From NCBI GenBank assembly GCA_051294375.1, contig JBJCIZ010000840.1, forward strand, positions 1-15,909: a DNA stretch of 15,909 nucleotides, given 5' to 3'. Source of the DNA: Paraspadella gotoi (lineage: Eukaryota > Animalia > Chaetognatha). Under the pieces are notes generated by a model, which saw nothing but the letters and a program-made list of their open reading frames with translations, did not search any database and had not been told where the DNA came from. Below are positions 1 to 10,682 of this stretch, piece after piece (positions within the stretch are counted from its first letter, which is position 1; every line of letters begins with the position of its first letter). The position numbers and the translations under genes were made by a program.

Positions 1-173
1 AAAAGAGAGAAGATTAAAATAATGTTTTGTACTACTGTTAACTGCCATGTTTTAATCTCTATTCTGGAACCCAAATTGAAGGGTTAGTTTTACAATTGAT
101 TTATAATTGAATTGTACTTAGGTTATTATATATGTTACTTATATAAGTTTAAGGTTTTAATTTGTACTAATGA

Positions 174-620
174 TTAGCAATTGTCTATTTTTTGTAGTTT
201 AACACTTGCCCCATCTACTTGTAACTCTCCTTCTTGCCTACCTGCCCTTCTACATTTGCTTTTACCATTGAAATATCTTGTACCTGAGATTGGAAATTGT
301 ATTATCTCAAAATGGGTTACTATTTCATGCTTTTTAAATTGGTTTCTAAGAATATACGCCTCTGCTTACAATCCTCTGCATTCAGATAAAAAACTAGTTT
401 TTCCGAGTAATTGTTCAGTACTATTAAACAAAATTAATTTTAAATTGGCCCATAATATAAATTAGGCCAAAATATGGATTAGTTAAACCATCTCAGCTAT
501 TTCTAATCATATAAGAGTAACATTTTTTGGGCAAACTTTTCAGGAAAAAAAATCATGTTCCATTTTTGTCCGTTTTCACTTTCGTCTTCAAATTTGAAAA
601 TTGCCAGGAAAGGTTGAGAA
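174..620 (-). pseudogene. Possible decayed laminin-G (LamG)-like coding remnant
   Basis: Minus-strand translation across several frames gives ordered fragments FKF..(KT)..SENG..MIFF, QLLGK/LVFYLNA..RIFLETN and RRAGRQEGELQVDG. These resemble LamG strand motifs (FxFxTxxxxGLLF, LxxGxLxFxxxxG, RxxxxGxLxVDG). Several frameshifts and stops are required. Confidence 0.25.
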
Positions 621-1244
621 TATTTTTTCTATTTTGGAATTCCTTTCTTCCTTATCTTCTCACCTCCTGAGTAAAATATCTAAGTATTCATGCACTTATG
701 AATTAATTTTGAAAGTTGACAAGGATCAAAAGTCGCAGTTTTTAGTTTTTTTATAATTTTATTAAACCAGAAAATACGTATTAGAATTGGCTTATTAAAC
801 TAACAGGAAAAATATAAACCCACAGAAATAAGCTTTTAAACACCTACAAAAATTATCAAAAAAACTCATTTCGTTTAGCCATAGAATATTTTTTAAAGAA
901 GCGACAATTATTTGTGACTTTTTGTGACTTGCCATTTATTTTTTAATAAAGAATATAGATTTAAATTTATTTTATAGTTTTAAACAGTTTCAGGAACATA
1001 CTGACGTTAAAATAACAAAAAACACGCATCCTTTTAAACCAATGGAAAGCGTCAGGACTTGTTTTTTTCTCAGAATCGAGACAGATTTTGCGGAAATATT
1101 GTTCCGCAAAATCTGTCGATTTACTTAAAATTTCCAGGCAACCAAATTGAAAGAAAAGAGTCATGAGATAAGAGAGCCGTAAATTTCTTATTTTATAAAT
1201 GTGTTATTATAAGATAAATTTTTCTTTGATTTGGCTCAATGTAA

Positions 1245-1670
1245 AGGCAGAAAAGTAGTGGGGAGGGGAATACATGAATAGGCGAGGAGAGCAAGTGGAA
1301 AAGGAGAAAGGGGAGCAGTGAGAGAGAAAGGGGGAAAGCATAAAAAGAAGCGCAAATGGAGAAAAAAATAGAGGAGAATGAGAAGGAAGGTCCGGAAAAG
1401 AGGGGAAAATGGAAAGAAAAAGAGGGGAAAAGAGGGGAAAGAAAGAGAAGGAGAGAGAGCATAACAAAGCGAAAGGGAAAGTATGAGAAAGTGAAATAGT
1501 GGCAGAGAAAAGGATAGGGGTCCATAGGAAAAGATGAAGGTTACGGCGTGAAAAGTAAGGGTGAGGAAAGAGGAAGTAAAAATAGAAACACAGAGAGAGA
1601 AAAAGAAGATGAAGGAAACGAGAAATCAGGGAGAACGTGTACAGGGAACGTAGGAAAATGAAAAAAAAAT
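1245..1670. repeat. Purine (GA)-rich low-complexity tract
   Basis: Strongly G/A-biased + strand (e.g. aagaggggaaaagaggggaaagaaagagaaggagagagag). It explains the F/S/L/P-rich minus-strand ORFs. Confidence 0.85.
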
Positions 1671-2881
1671 GTATCAAGATAATGTGGCATCTTGTCTGTA
1701 ACAAGTTTTGTGTAAATAAAGCCACAAAATAATAAAAGGAGGAATTTGTCTTTAAAAAGTTGTTTGGTACCATAAAAATTCCATCATTACTTTCATCTCA
1801 AATTAGGTTGTTAATGAGATTAGATTTGATAATCTCCGAAGAAAATCATGTCTGTACCGTATTTAACTCATAGAAATTTAACTGTAACAGTACTTAGGTA
1901 ATAGCAGAATGAGATAACCATAGCAAAACCGTTTTTTTAAATAAAGAAAACTTCATACTAATCACTGAGATCAAAAGAGATGGTAATTCATTAAGTTCAG
2001 AAATTCGTTATCTAAAGGGGACGTCGATCGTACGTGGATCCGCCTATAGAGGGTTATAGTTAAGGTGTTTTACATGTTAGAATGCTGTTTAGGGTTTTCA
2101 AAAATACTTATTTGAGAGCAGTTGAAACACGGATTTGAATCATATTAAATTAGGGCACAAATTAGGGCACTCTAAAAGAATAGAGATGAAACTTAGATTT
2201 TTGTTTTATTTGCGATAATCTCGGATTATCTAGGTCGCGCGTTAAGAAGCGCTTCAGAGGCCTTAAACTGTCAAAGTCAGGGACAAAAGATAAGCTTTTT
2301 ATTCAAATGGATGGATAATTTTTATATTGGTTTGTAAACCAATTTCATGATAATATAAAAAATATAACAATCTAAAATTTTCATTCAAGATTAAAATTTT
2401 TTAAGATAAGGAAATAAAAATTTATTTGAATAAGTAAAAAAAAATATTTGGAAGTTAAAAAATATCATAGTCGTTAACTGATTATTGTCAACTATATTAT
2501 TTTGTTATAGAGATTAAAATTTTTTTGACCGTTCTTATTGAAAATAGTTTAGCTTTATAGCGACGAGTTTTCATTTCATACAATCAATAATCAATCTCAT
2601 TCATTTACAATAATATGCAAAAAAAAAAGGTTTTCAACCTCATTTTGAACTAGATGAACAAAAGACTTTCAGTTCTTATTTCAATTGAAAAAAAATAGAA
2701 AGTTAATTGATGCTTAATCACACTCTAATAAAATAATTTTATTTTTATCACGCCACTTTTTTCTTAATACAAAATCCCAAATTTATTTCCGAGATTTTCG
2801 TGGATTTTTATTTTTTTCCTTCTAAAAACTTTTATTATTATTTTATTATTCTCTCTATATTTCTCTCTCAATCAACACTCG

Positions 2882-2912
<31 letters not shown>

Positions 2913-2928
2913 CTCTCTCTAAATTAAT

Positions 2929-3112
2929 TCATCGCGTCAATGAATGACTAGCATCGCCATCAATGAATGACTATCATCGCATCAATGAATGATTTTCATC
3001 CGATCAATGAAGTACTATCATCACATCAATGAATGATTATCATCGCATTCATCATTTGGTTATCATCGCATCAATCCTTTGGTTATCATCGCATCAATAT
3101 TTGGGTTATTAT
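2929..3112 (+). repeat. 22-bp minisatellite (TCATCGCATCAATGAATGACTA), about 8 units, after a (CT)n tract
   Basis: Head-to-tail units are directly readable. The last three drift to ...TTTGGTTA. Confidence 0.9.
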
Positions 3113-3520
3113 CAAAGCAGGCTCGATCCCTATTGCTTTTAAGATTTTTTATATAAAAACTACTGGCGCTTTTATAGGTTTGGCTGTGACTTACCGTTTT
3201 TTTTTAAATAAAAATTATTATGAATTATGATAGTTTTACAAAAGTGTGCGGCGATCATAGTAAGTTAAAAATTTTAGATATGGCTTCTCATCTTGAAATA
3301 GCTTTGATATTATCTTATTACATTTGGATTTTAAGTATTTTTTGTTTGAATTTCCACTTCAATTATGATTTACTGCAATATGCAAATGAGATTATAGTAC
3401 TCATTATAATATCCAAAATTAGTATATAGAAATGCTTTAATCTAATTTACATATTGCAGTATATAATATTGAAGATGAAATTCAAAATTTTTTTTTTAAA
3501 TCTATAATAAAAATGGGAAC

Positions 3521-4300
3521 TCGTGGCCGTTGCAGGGCAACGAGTAAACAATGTCAAAGAACATGACCTAAAAACGCGTTTGGTGGCAACGGAAACGTTA
3601 CGTATATAAAAAAAAAATCAACTTGACCGAGATCACGCCGCCGTTGCGAGGCAACGGATAACCGATATGACCGAGAGTGACCTAATATTGCGTATCGTTG
3701 GCGGGAAAACTCTCTCTCTCTCTCTGTTTCTCTCTCTCTCTTTCTCTCTTTCTCTCTCTCTCTCTCTTTCTGTCTCTTTCTCTCTTTACGATCTCTTGCG
3801 TGATCGTTCGTTTTTTTAAAAATTCTGATTATTTTTTTCCTTCTAAAATCTTTTATTATCGTCATTTATTCCGCGCTTTTTTTTTCAATACAAAATCCCA
3901 AATTTATATCTGAGATTTTCGTGGATTTTTTTGAGAAAATGTGAAGAATAACTTACTTGACCTGGATTTCGTGGCCGTTGCAGGGCAACGAGTAAACAAT
4001 GTCAAGGAACATGACCTAAAAACGCATTTTGATGGCAACGGAAATGTTACGTGTATAATAGGATCAACTTGACCGAGATCACGCCGCCGTTGCGAGGCAA
4101 CGGATAACCGTTATAATTGGAAAGAAATACGGTTTTTCTTTTTATTTTTCTCTCTCTCTCTCTCTCTGATTATTTTTTTCCTTCTAAAAACTTTTATTAT
4201 CACCATTTATTCCGCGCTTTTTTCTCTTTACCTGGATTTCGTGGCCGTTGCGAGGCAACGAGTAAACAATGTCAAGGAACATGACCTAATAACGCGTTTC
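3521..4300 (+). repeat. Internal hairpin-bearing repeat module (TCGTGGCCGTTGC...GCAACGAGTAAACAATGTC)
   Basis: Copies start at 3521, 3969, 4239 and 7005. Perfect stems CCGTTGC-GAG-GCAACGG at 3641-3657 and 4087-4103. Confidence 0.9.
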
Positions 4301-5462
4301 GCGTTCTCTCTCTCTCTCTCTCTGTCTCTTTCTTTTTAAAAAAAAAATTTCACCACCGTCACTAGGCGACGAGTAAACGAGTAAACGAGTTCCAGCTCTC
4401 TCTCTCTCTCTCTCTCTCTCTTGTGTGATCGTTCTTTTTTTGAAAAATTATGATTATGTTTTTCCTCCTAAAAACTTTTATTATCGCCATTTATTCGGGG
4501 CTTTTTTCTTAATACAAAATCCCAAATTTACATCCGAAATTTTCGTGGATACATTTTAAAAAAAGTGAAAAATAACTTATAATGACATGCATTTTCACAT
4601 GTAAATCAGATAATGTGACCAATTATATGTGCGGCACCTATCGCTGAATAATACAATTGCATGCATGCATCACGTTTTAAAAAAAAATTGTTTGTTTTTA
4701 TTTATTATTGTAACTTTGGACCGGTTGGCCCACTATTGGCAAATTATATCTAAAATAGGAGTTGAGAAGAGAGATATAGTCAAATTAAACATTACTTTTT
4801 TTGTAATTCTGATAATTTGTACTATTATTAAATTTATAAATATTTTTAGTGTAGATATTTAATCATTTTTATCTTTTTTTTAAATAATAATTATTTGAGT
4901 TGTGATAACTATTTATAAATTAGTTAAATATGCAAATAAAAAATTGACCTCGGTCTGGTTTCTTCCTAAAAAAAAATAATCTAAAATTTAATTCAAGATT
5001 AAAATTTTTTAAGATGAGGAAATAAAATTTTTTTTGATAAGTAAAAAAAATATTTGGAAGTCAAAAATATCATAGTTGTTAACTGAGTATTTTCAACTAT
5101 GTATTTTGTTAATAGGGATTATAATTTTTTGACCGTTATTATTGAAAATAGTTTAGTTTTATAGCGACGAGTTTTCATTTCAAACAATCAATATCAATCT
5201 CATTAATTTTCAATAATATGCAAAAAAATAAGGTTTTTAACCTCATTTTGAACTAGATGAACAAAAGACTTCAGTCTTATTTCAATTGAAAAAAAAATAG
5301 AAAGTTAATTGATGCTTAATAAAACAAGTTTATTTTTATCACGCCACTTTTTTCTTAATACAAAATCCCAAATTTATTTCCGAGATTTTCGTGGATTTTT
5401 TTTTCCTTCAAAAAACTTTTATTATTATTTTATTATTCTCTCTATATTTCACTCTCAATCAA

Positions 5463-5502
<40 letters not shown>

Positions 5503-5509
5503 AATTAAC

Positions 5510-5626
5510 TCATCACGTCAATGAATGACTATCATCGCATCAATGAATGACTATCATCGCATCCATCATTTGGTTATCATCGCATCAATCCTTCGGTTAT
5601 CATCGCATCAATATTTGGTTATCATC
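5510..5626 (+). repeat. 22-bp minisatellite, about 5 units (paralogue of 2929-3112)
   Basis: Same unit and same flanks: (CT)n upstream and AGGCTCGAT downstream. Confidence 0.9.
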
Positions 5627-5716
5627 AAAAGTAGGCTCGATTCCTTATGCTTTTAAGATTTTCTTTTATGCTAAGTTCATGATCTTTTTCATCAAATTTT
5701 ATTTGTAACTGTGAAA

Positions 5717-5861
5717 TTTTTATCGAGCCATGACCGGCGAAGTCGGTTCAGGCTCTATAATAATTTAGGATTACTTATTTGTGACGTCGTCGTCGTCGTC
5801 TGCGTCACGCTGTTTTATATAAAAACTACTGCGCTTTTATAGGTTTGGCTGTGACTTACCG
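5717..5861 (+). mobile_element. Helentron/DINE-like (HINE) element head, family A, copy 1
   Basis: T-run, then ATCGAGCC, a hairpin (GAGCC..TGACCGGC GAA GTCGGTTCA GGCTC), CTCTATAA and a (GTC)n tract. The inverted match GGCTCGAT occurs at the putative tails (3120-3127, 5634-5641). Confidence 0.6.
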
Positions 5862-7690
5862 TTTTTATCGAGCCTTGACCGGCGAAGCCGGGTCAGGCTC
5901 TATAATGTTTTAGGGTTGCTTCTTTGTGACGTCGTCGTCGTCGTCGTTGTCGTCGTCGTCGGCGTCGTCGTCGTCACCGTACGGTCGTGTTTTTTTATAT
6001 AGAAAACTACTCACGCTTTTATAGGTTTGGCTGTGACTTACCGTTTTTTTTTAAATAAAATTATTAGATGAATTTATAAAAGTTTTACAAAAGTGTGCGA
6101 TCATAGTAAGTTAAAAAATTAGATATGGCTTCTCAACTTGAAATAGCTTTGATATTTTCTCATTACATTTGGATTAAAGTATTTTTTTTGTTTAAATTTC
6201 CACTTCATTATGATTTACTGCAATATGCAAATGAGATTGTAGTACTCATTATAATATCTAAATTAGTATATAGAAATGCTTAAGCTAATTTACATAGTTG
6301 CAGTATATAATATTGAAGATGAAATTCAAAAATTTTTTTAAATTTCTAATAAAAATGGGAACTCAAAGGATTTTTTAATGAGAAGCTATATCTTAATTTT
6401 AATACAAATAAAAAATAAAATCTTTTACAAGCTGCGATTGGAAAAAATTGGAAAAATTTCCAATTGTAAACCATTGTAACATTTTTTTGCCTTTCTTTTA
6501 TTTATTTTTTAATTATATATATATTTTTTTCAGGCGCTGCCTTTTCTGAATCGTTTAAAACGAGTTCAGTCTCTCTCTGTCTCTCTTTGTGTGCGTCTGT
6601 CTCTCTCTGTACGATCTCTTGCGTGATCGTTCGTTTTTTTGAAAAAATTCTGATTTTTTTTTTTTTTTTTTTCTAAAAAAACATATGTATTTGATCAGAG
6701 CGCTGCCTTTTCTGAATCGTTTTAAAAAAAACGAGTTCAGGCTCTCTCTCTCTCCCTCCGCTCCCTCCGTCTCCCTCCCTCTCTCTCTCTCTCTCTCTTT
6801 TCTTTTTTTTAACAAAAAAAAATTATTCACTTTTTTTTACCACCGTTTTTTGAAAATTCTTATTATTTTCTTTCTTCTAAAAACTTTTTATCGCATTTAT
6901 TCCGCGCTTCTTTCTCAATACAAAATCCCAAATTTACATCTGAGATTTTCGTGGATTTTTTGGAAGAAAATGTGAAGAATAACTTACTTGACCTGGATTG
7001 ATTTTCGTGGCCCGTTGCGGGGCAACGAGTAAACAATGTCGAGGAACATGACCTAATAACGCGTTTTGATGGCAACGGAAAGTTACGTGTATAAAAAAAA
7101 ATCAACTTGACCAAGATCACGCCGATATAAACAAGAGTGACCTAATATTGGCGTATCGTTGGCGGGAAAACTTTCTCTCTCTCCTCTCTCTCTCTCTCGT
7201 CTCTCTCTCTCTCTAATCTTCTCTCTATCTGTCTTCTCTTCTCTCTTTCTCTTCTTTCTATCTCTTTTTTCTTTACAAAAAATAATTTTTAGTCACTGCG
7301 CGATGAGTAAAGCATTAAACGAGTTCCGGCTCTCTCTCTCTCTCTCTCTCTCTCTTTCCTCTCTCTCTCTCTCTCTGTCTCTTTTTTTTTAACAAAAAAA
7401 CAATTTTTTTAGTCACTTTTTTTTTCACCAGGCGACGAGTAAACGAGTAAACGAGTTCCGGCTCTGTTCAGCTTCTTTCTCTCTCTCTCTCTTGTCTCTC
7501 TCTGTCTCTCTCTCTATGTACGATCGTTCGTTTTTGAAAAAATTCTTATTATTTTTTTCCTTCTAAAAACTTTTATTATCGCCATTTATTTTTTTTTCTC
7601 TATACAAAATCCCAAATTTACATCCGAGATTTTTGTGGATTCATTTTAGAAAAAAGGAAAAAAACTTATAATGCAGGCAATGTCACATGT
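5862..7690 (+). mobile_element. Helentron/DINE-like element family A, head copy 2 plus body; 3' end not seen
   Basis: TTTTTATCGAGCCTTGACCGGCGAAGCCGGGTCAGGCTCTATAA (hairpin 5870-5900, GCGAAGC at 5882-5888), (GTC)n at 5931-5975, then a body with internal repeats and (CT)n tracts. Confidence 0.6.
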
Positions 7691-8500
7691 TACACAGCTT
7701 TCTGCTATACATATACCTGCTATATGTCCGGCAATTGCGCGGATTAATTTAATTGCATATATTTTTTTTTATTTTTTTTTATTAATACCAAAAACAGTAT
7801 TGACAAAATCAAAAACAGTATCAGTGTAAAAAACTAGAAAGCAGTAAACAAGTAAAACTAAACTATTAAAATTCAACAGAAAAAAAAGACACTAAAGTTT
7901 AAAATTGACTCATATAAAAATGTTATGAACTAATTCATAAGAAACTAATAAATATAAACGTTCAAGAACGTTCAAAATTCAAATTTTTAAAACAAAAAAC
8001 ATCAAAAAACAAAAGACAACAAACGTTTAAATGGACTCAAGACAAAAACAAAAACAACAAAATATAAAGCATAAACGAAAAACAACGTTAATAAAAAGTA
8101 AACAAAAACAAAAATTATGAAAAAAGAACAAAAGAAAAAATATGGCATAAATGAAATATACCTAAATGTATAGGATTTTTTTAAAAATAATTTTATAATC
8201 GTAAAACCGGAAAAAAGTAAAAAAGTGTTTAAAAGTAAAAAACAAAAAATGTCTAGTATAAAAAGTGTTTATTGCGTAAAATGTAAAACGAAAAACGTAA
8301 AACATGGTTTTATTTTTTATAAAACGTCATTATAAGTATTTAATGCTTAGTGTATAACATATACCCAAAAATTTATAATTACAATGTGTTAAAGTAAGGG
8401 GCAGAGGGACCACAAACGCTATTCATAGAAATAAAAAATACAATCAATATTATATATATATATACACACCTACACAATTTTTTTAATAATAATCAACGAG

Positions 8501-9370
8501 AAAGACACTAATAAAAACGAAAAAGACGCTAAAAACAGAAAGACACTAATAAAAACAAAAGACGCTGTTACGAAATAACTAATCTCTAATATTCGAGGAA
8601 ATCCAGCTTCTCTACCTTTTCCCCGTTGCTCTTTTGCTCTTTATTACTGACATCGAAAATGCTTCCATTCTAGCGATCGACACACATCTTTAGGCTCTCT
8701 CTTTTGTTTATACTTAAGTACAAGAATTCCGAAGGCAGTGTAACAGCTGATTCTGATTGGTGCCCGATGATTTCGATAGATTTCGATTAAGATTTTAATC
8801 GAATTCTGGCCAACGTGGCATCTTCAGATCTCAAAGTTGTCACTGGGTTTTTAGTTCTTTTCAGAGCATTAGAAACTCTTTGATTAGATTCTCGAATTTA
8901 TTTTTTGTGTGATCGCTGGTTTGGTGGACTTTTCTATGAGAGAAGCATCTCTATTTTTGTATATTATTGGCTTCAGAAACAAGTAAGAAAGACACTTTAA
9001 ATTTTATATATATTTGTGCTGAGTTTGTGATAAATGTTTTGTTATTCCTTGCCCAGGACTTCTAACTCTCACTTCAAGCACATACGACTTACTACAGATA
9101 TTTGTCAAGTCCTGGGCTTCGTAAGATCGTCGTCCTTTCGGCCTTAGCCGACGTCATCTACCGAGACTTTGTCGTCGTCATCTCCAGGGCGTCTTGACCG
9201 GCGCATCGTCTCTTCTGCGCCATTTTATACCCGATTTCATCTGGTTTTGAAATGCGCAGATTAGTCCAGTCAGTTAGAATTCAAAGACCAGCCACTTCTC
9301 CGAACTTAGTTCAACACAGAGCTAAAAAAGAAAGACACTAAAAACAGAAAGACGCTAAAAACATAAAGAC
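8501..9370 (+). repeat. 17-20-bp minisatellite (AAAGACRCTAAAAACAG) split by an insertion
   Basis: Units at 8501-8565 resume at 9319-9370 and stop abruptly at the hAT left end. Confidence 0.8.
8566..9316. mobile_element. Candidate solo LTR (~751 bp)
   Basis: Begins TGTT and ends AACA. It is compositionally distinct from the A-rich flanks and interrupts a minisatellite unit. The TSD is imperfect (GACGC left; GAGC right if the end is CA at 9318). No PBS or internal ORF is adjacent. Confidence 0.55.
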
Positions 9371-9491
9371 CAGAGATGTTGGAAGCGATCCGGAAAGCGA
9401 AACCGAACACGGTGGAAGCGGCCGCCAATTTTGAAAAACCGAAAGTGGGAGCGATTGAAAAAATGAGATTAGGGATTGAAACCCGGAAGCG
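9371..9491 (+). repeat. Putative hAT left TIR (CAGAGATGTTGGAAGCG) and subterminal GGAAGCG motifs
   Basis: GGAAGCG at 9381, 9414 and 9485; variants GGAAAGCG at 9392 and GGGAGCG at 9447. Sharp boundary with the upstream minisatellite. Predicted 8-bp TSD ATAAAGAC (9363-9370). The partner TIR is not seen. Confidence 0.6.
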
Positions 9492-9804
9492 ATAATCCCC
9501 CCGGGTTCGCGTTCTTGATCATTTGTTTTTGTCAGATCAAGAATGAGAGCGCTGCAATCAATATTGTTTTGTCAGGCGTAGCAAAACGAGTCAAAGGCTG
9601 GATTCGATTTCGTTTAAGCTCAAATTTTAAAATTAGTACTGCTTTTTTTATGCGTTGTTGATACTTTCTTACGGCAATATTTTATTCGTTTTGGATTTAC
9701 CTAATACTTTTTGTCAAAGAATTTGTCGTTTAAATTTTTTCTAAATTTAAATTTTTTTCTATTTCTGTAGTCCATCATTTTTAATAATAGTAAAACTTTT
9801 GAAG

Positions 9805-10682
9805 ATGTCTCGCGGTAGAACCTCATCAGTATACGATTTTTTTAAAGAGGAGGGCGAGAATTTCAAGTGTATTGTACAAAAGTACGGCAAGCCCTGCAAC
9901 ACAATTATGACGCGTCTAAAATCCGGCGGGTCATCCTCTGGGAATCTTAAACGCCATCTCCAGCGCAGCCATCCAAACGAATATTCTTTGGTTCAAGAAA
10001 GAGATAAATTCTCAAAACAAAGGACTCAAGAAAAACAGCAATCGTCGTTGCTCAATTTCATTCCAAATTCGTCAAGGACGGCCACTGTGTCCATCAAGAA
10101 GGTCGATTTTGAATCGGGAATTCTTAAGATGATCGCCTATGATGGAGTTCCGTTGACTTTTTTTTCGGCTGATGGGTTTAAAATGATCAATGGAGTGACG
10201 GCTGAGAAACTGGGTATTTGTCTCAAGCGCGAATCTATCAGACAATTGCTTTACAATAGAGTAACAGAAGAAAAAGAAAAACTAGCAAAAGAAATTGAAA
10301 GCAAATTTATTTTTTTAAAATTCGACGGTGTGACTCGATTGCGTTCACACTTTCTTGGAGTGACTATTCAGTACGAGACTGACAATGGAATTTCGATAAA
10401 AACGCTTGCTCTTGTGGACACAACGGCTCACCATGACAGCGAGCATTTGAAGGACTTAATCCTCGGGGTTTTGCAAAAATTTAGAATAACTTTGTCTCAA
10501 GTTTTATCATGCGTCGTTGACAATGCTTGCAACATGACAAAAACTATCGTACTCCTTAATAAGGAAAAGGAAGAGCAAGATGAACAAAGCAATGAAAGTT
10601 GTGAAGAAGATGAAGATGAGAATGATGACGAGCTCGATGAGGCCCAGTTCCCTATAATGGATTCATCGATTCATCACATGAG
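9805..10682 (+). CDS. hAT transposase exon 1 (BED zinc finger, first two catalytic Asp, acidic linker)
   Basis: ATG at 9805. BED finger: SSVYDFF..CIVQKYGKPC..GNLKRHLQRSH. Catalytic motifs FLKFDGVT and SCVVDNACNM. Ends at donor AG|GTACAT (phase 2). Confidence 0.9.

Larger units (their letters stand above)
2369..4602 (+). repeat. Copy 1 of a ~2.6-kb diverged direct repeat (non-autonomous Helentron/DINE-like array)
   Basis: Aligns by eye to 4978-7690, from aatctaaaattt (2369/4978) to tcacatgt (4602/7690). It lacks segments present in copy 2 at junctions ~3150, ~3200 and ~3522. Confidence 0.9.
4978..7690 (+). repeat. Copy 2 of the ~2.6-kb direct repeat; contains an element tail, two element heads and the body
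   Basis: Colinear with 2369-4602 at an initial offset of 2609 bp, with extra segments at ~5663-5812, ~5862-6043 and ~6364-7006. Confidence 0.9.

Noticed and set aside
1193-1773. Minus-strand ORFs of 110 and 188 aa
   Set aside because: F/S/L/P-biased translations of a GA-rich low-complexity tract; no motif.
2089-2170. TTAGGG hexamers and a 12-bp tandem duplication AAATTAGGGCAC (2147-2170)
   Set aside because: Scattered and not a telomeric array; a single small duplication with no further structure.
2929-3112. CRISPR-like appearance of the 22-bp repeats
   Set aside because: Units are head-to-tail with no unique spacers, there are no cas genes, and the context is eukaryotic.
3033-7392. Short ORFs across the duplicated region
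   Set aside because: Derived from (CT)n/(GA)n and T-runs; reading frames are not conserved between the two copies.
9476-9661. 61-aa ORF upstream of the transposase
   Set aside because: Non-ATG start, overlaps subterminal motifs, no recognisable domain.
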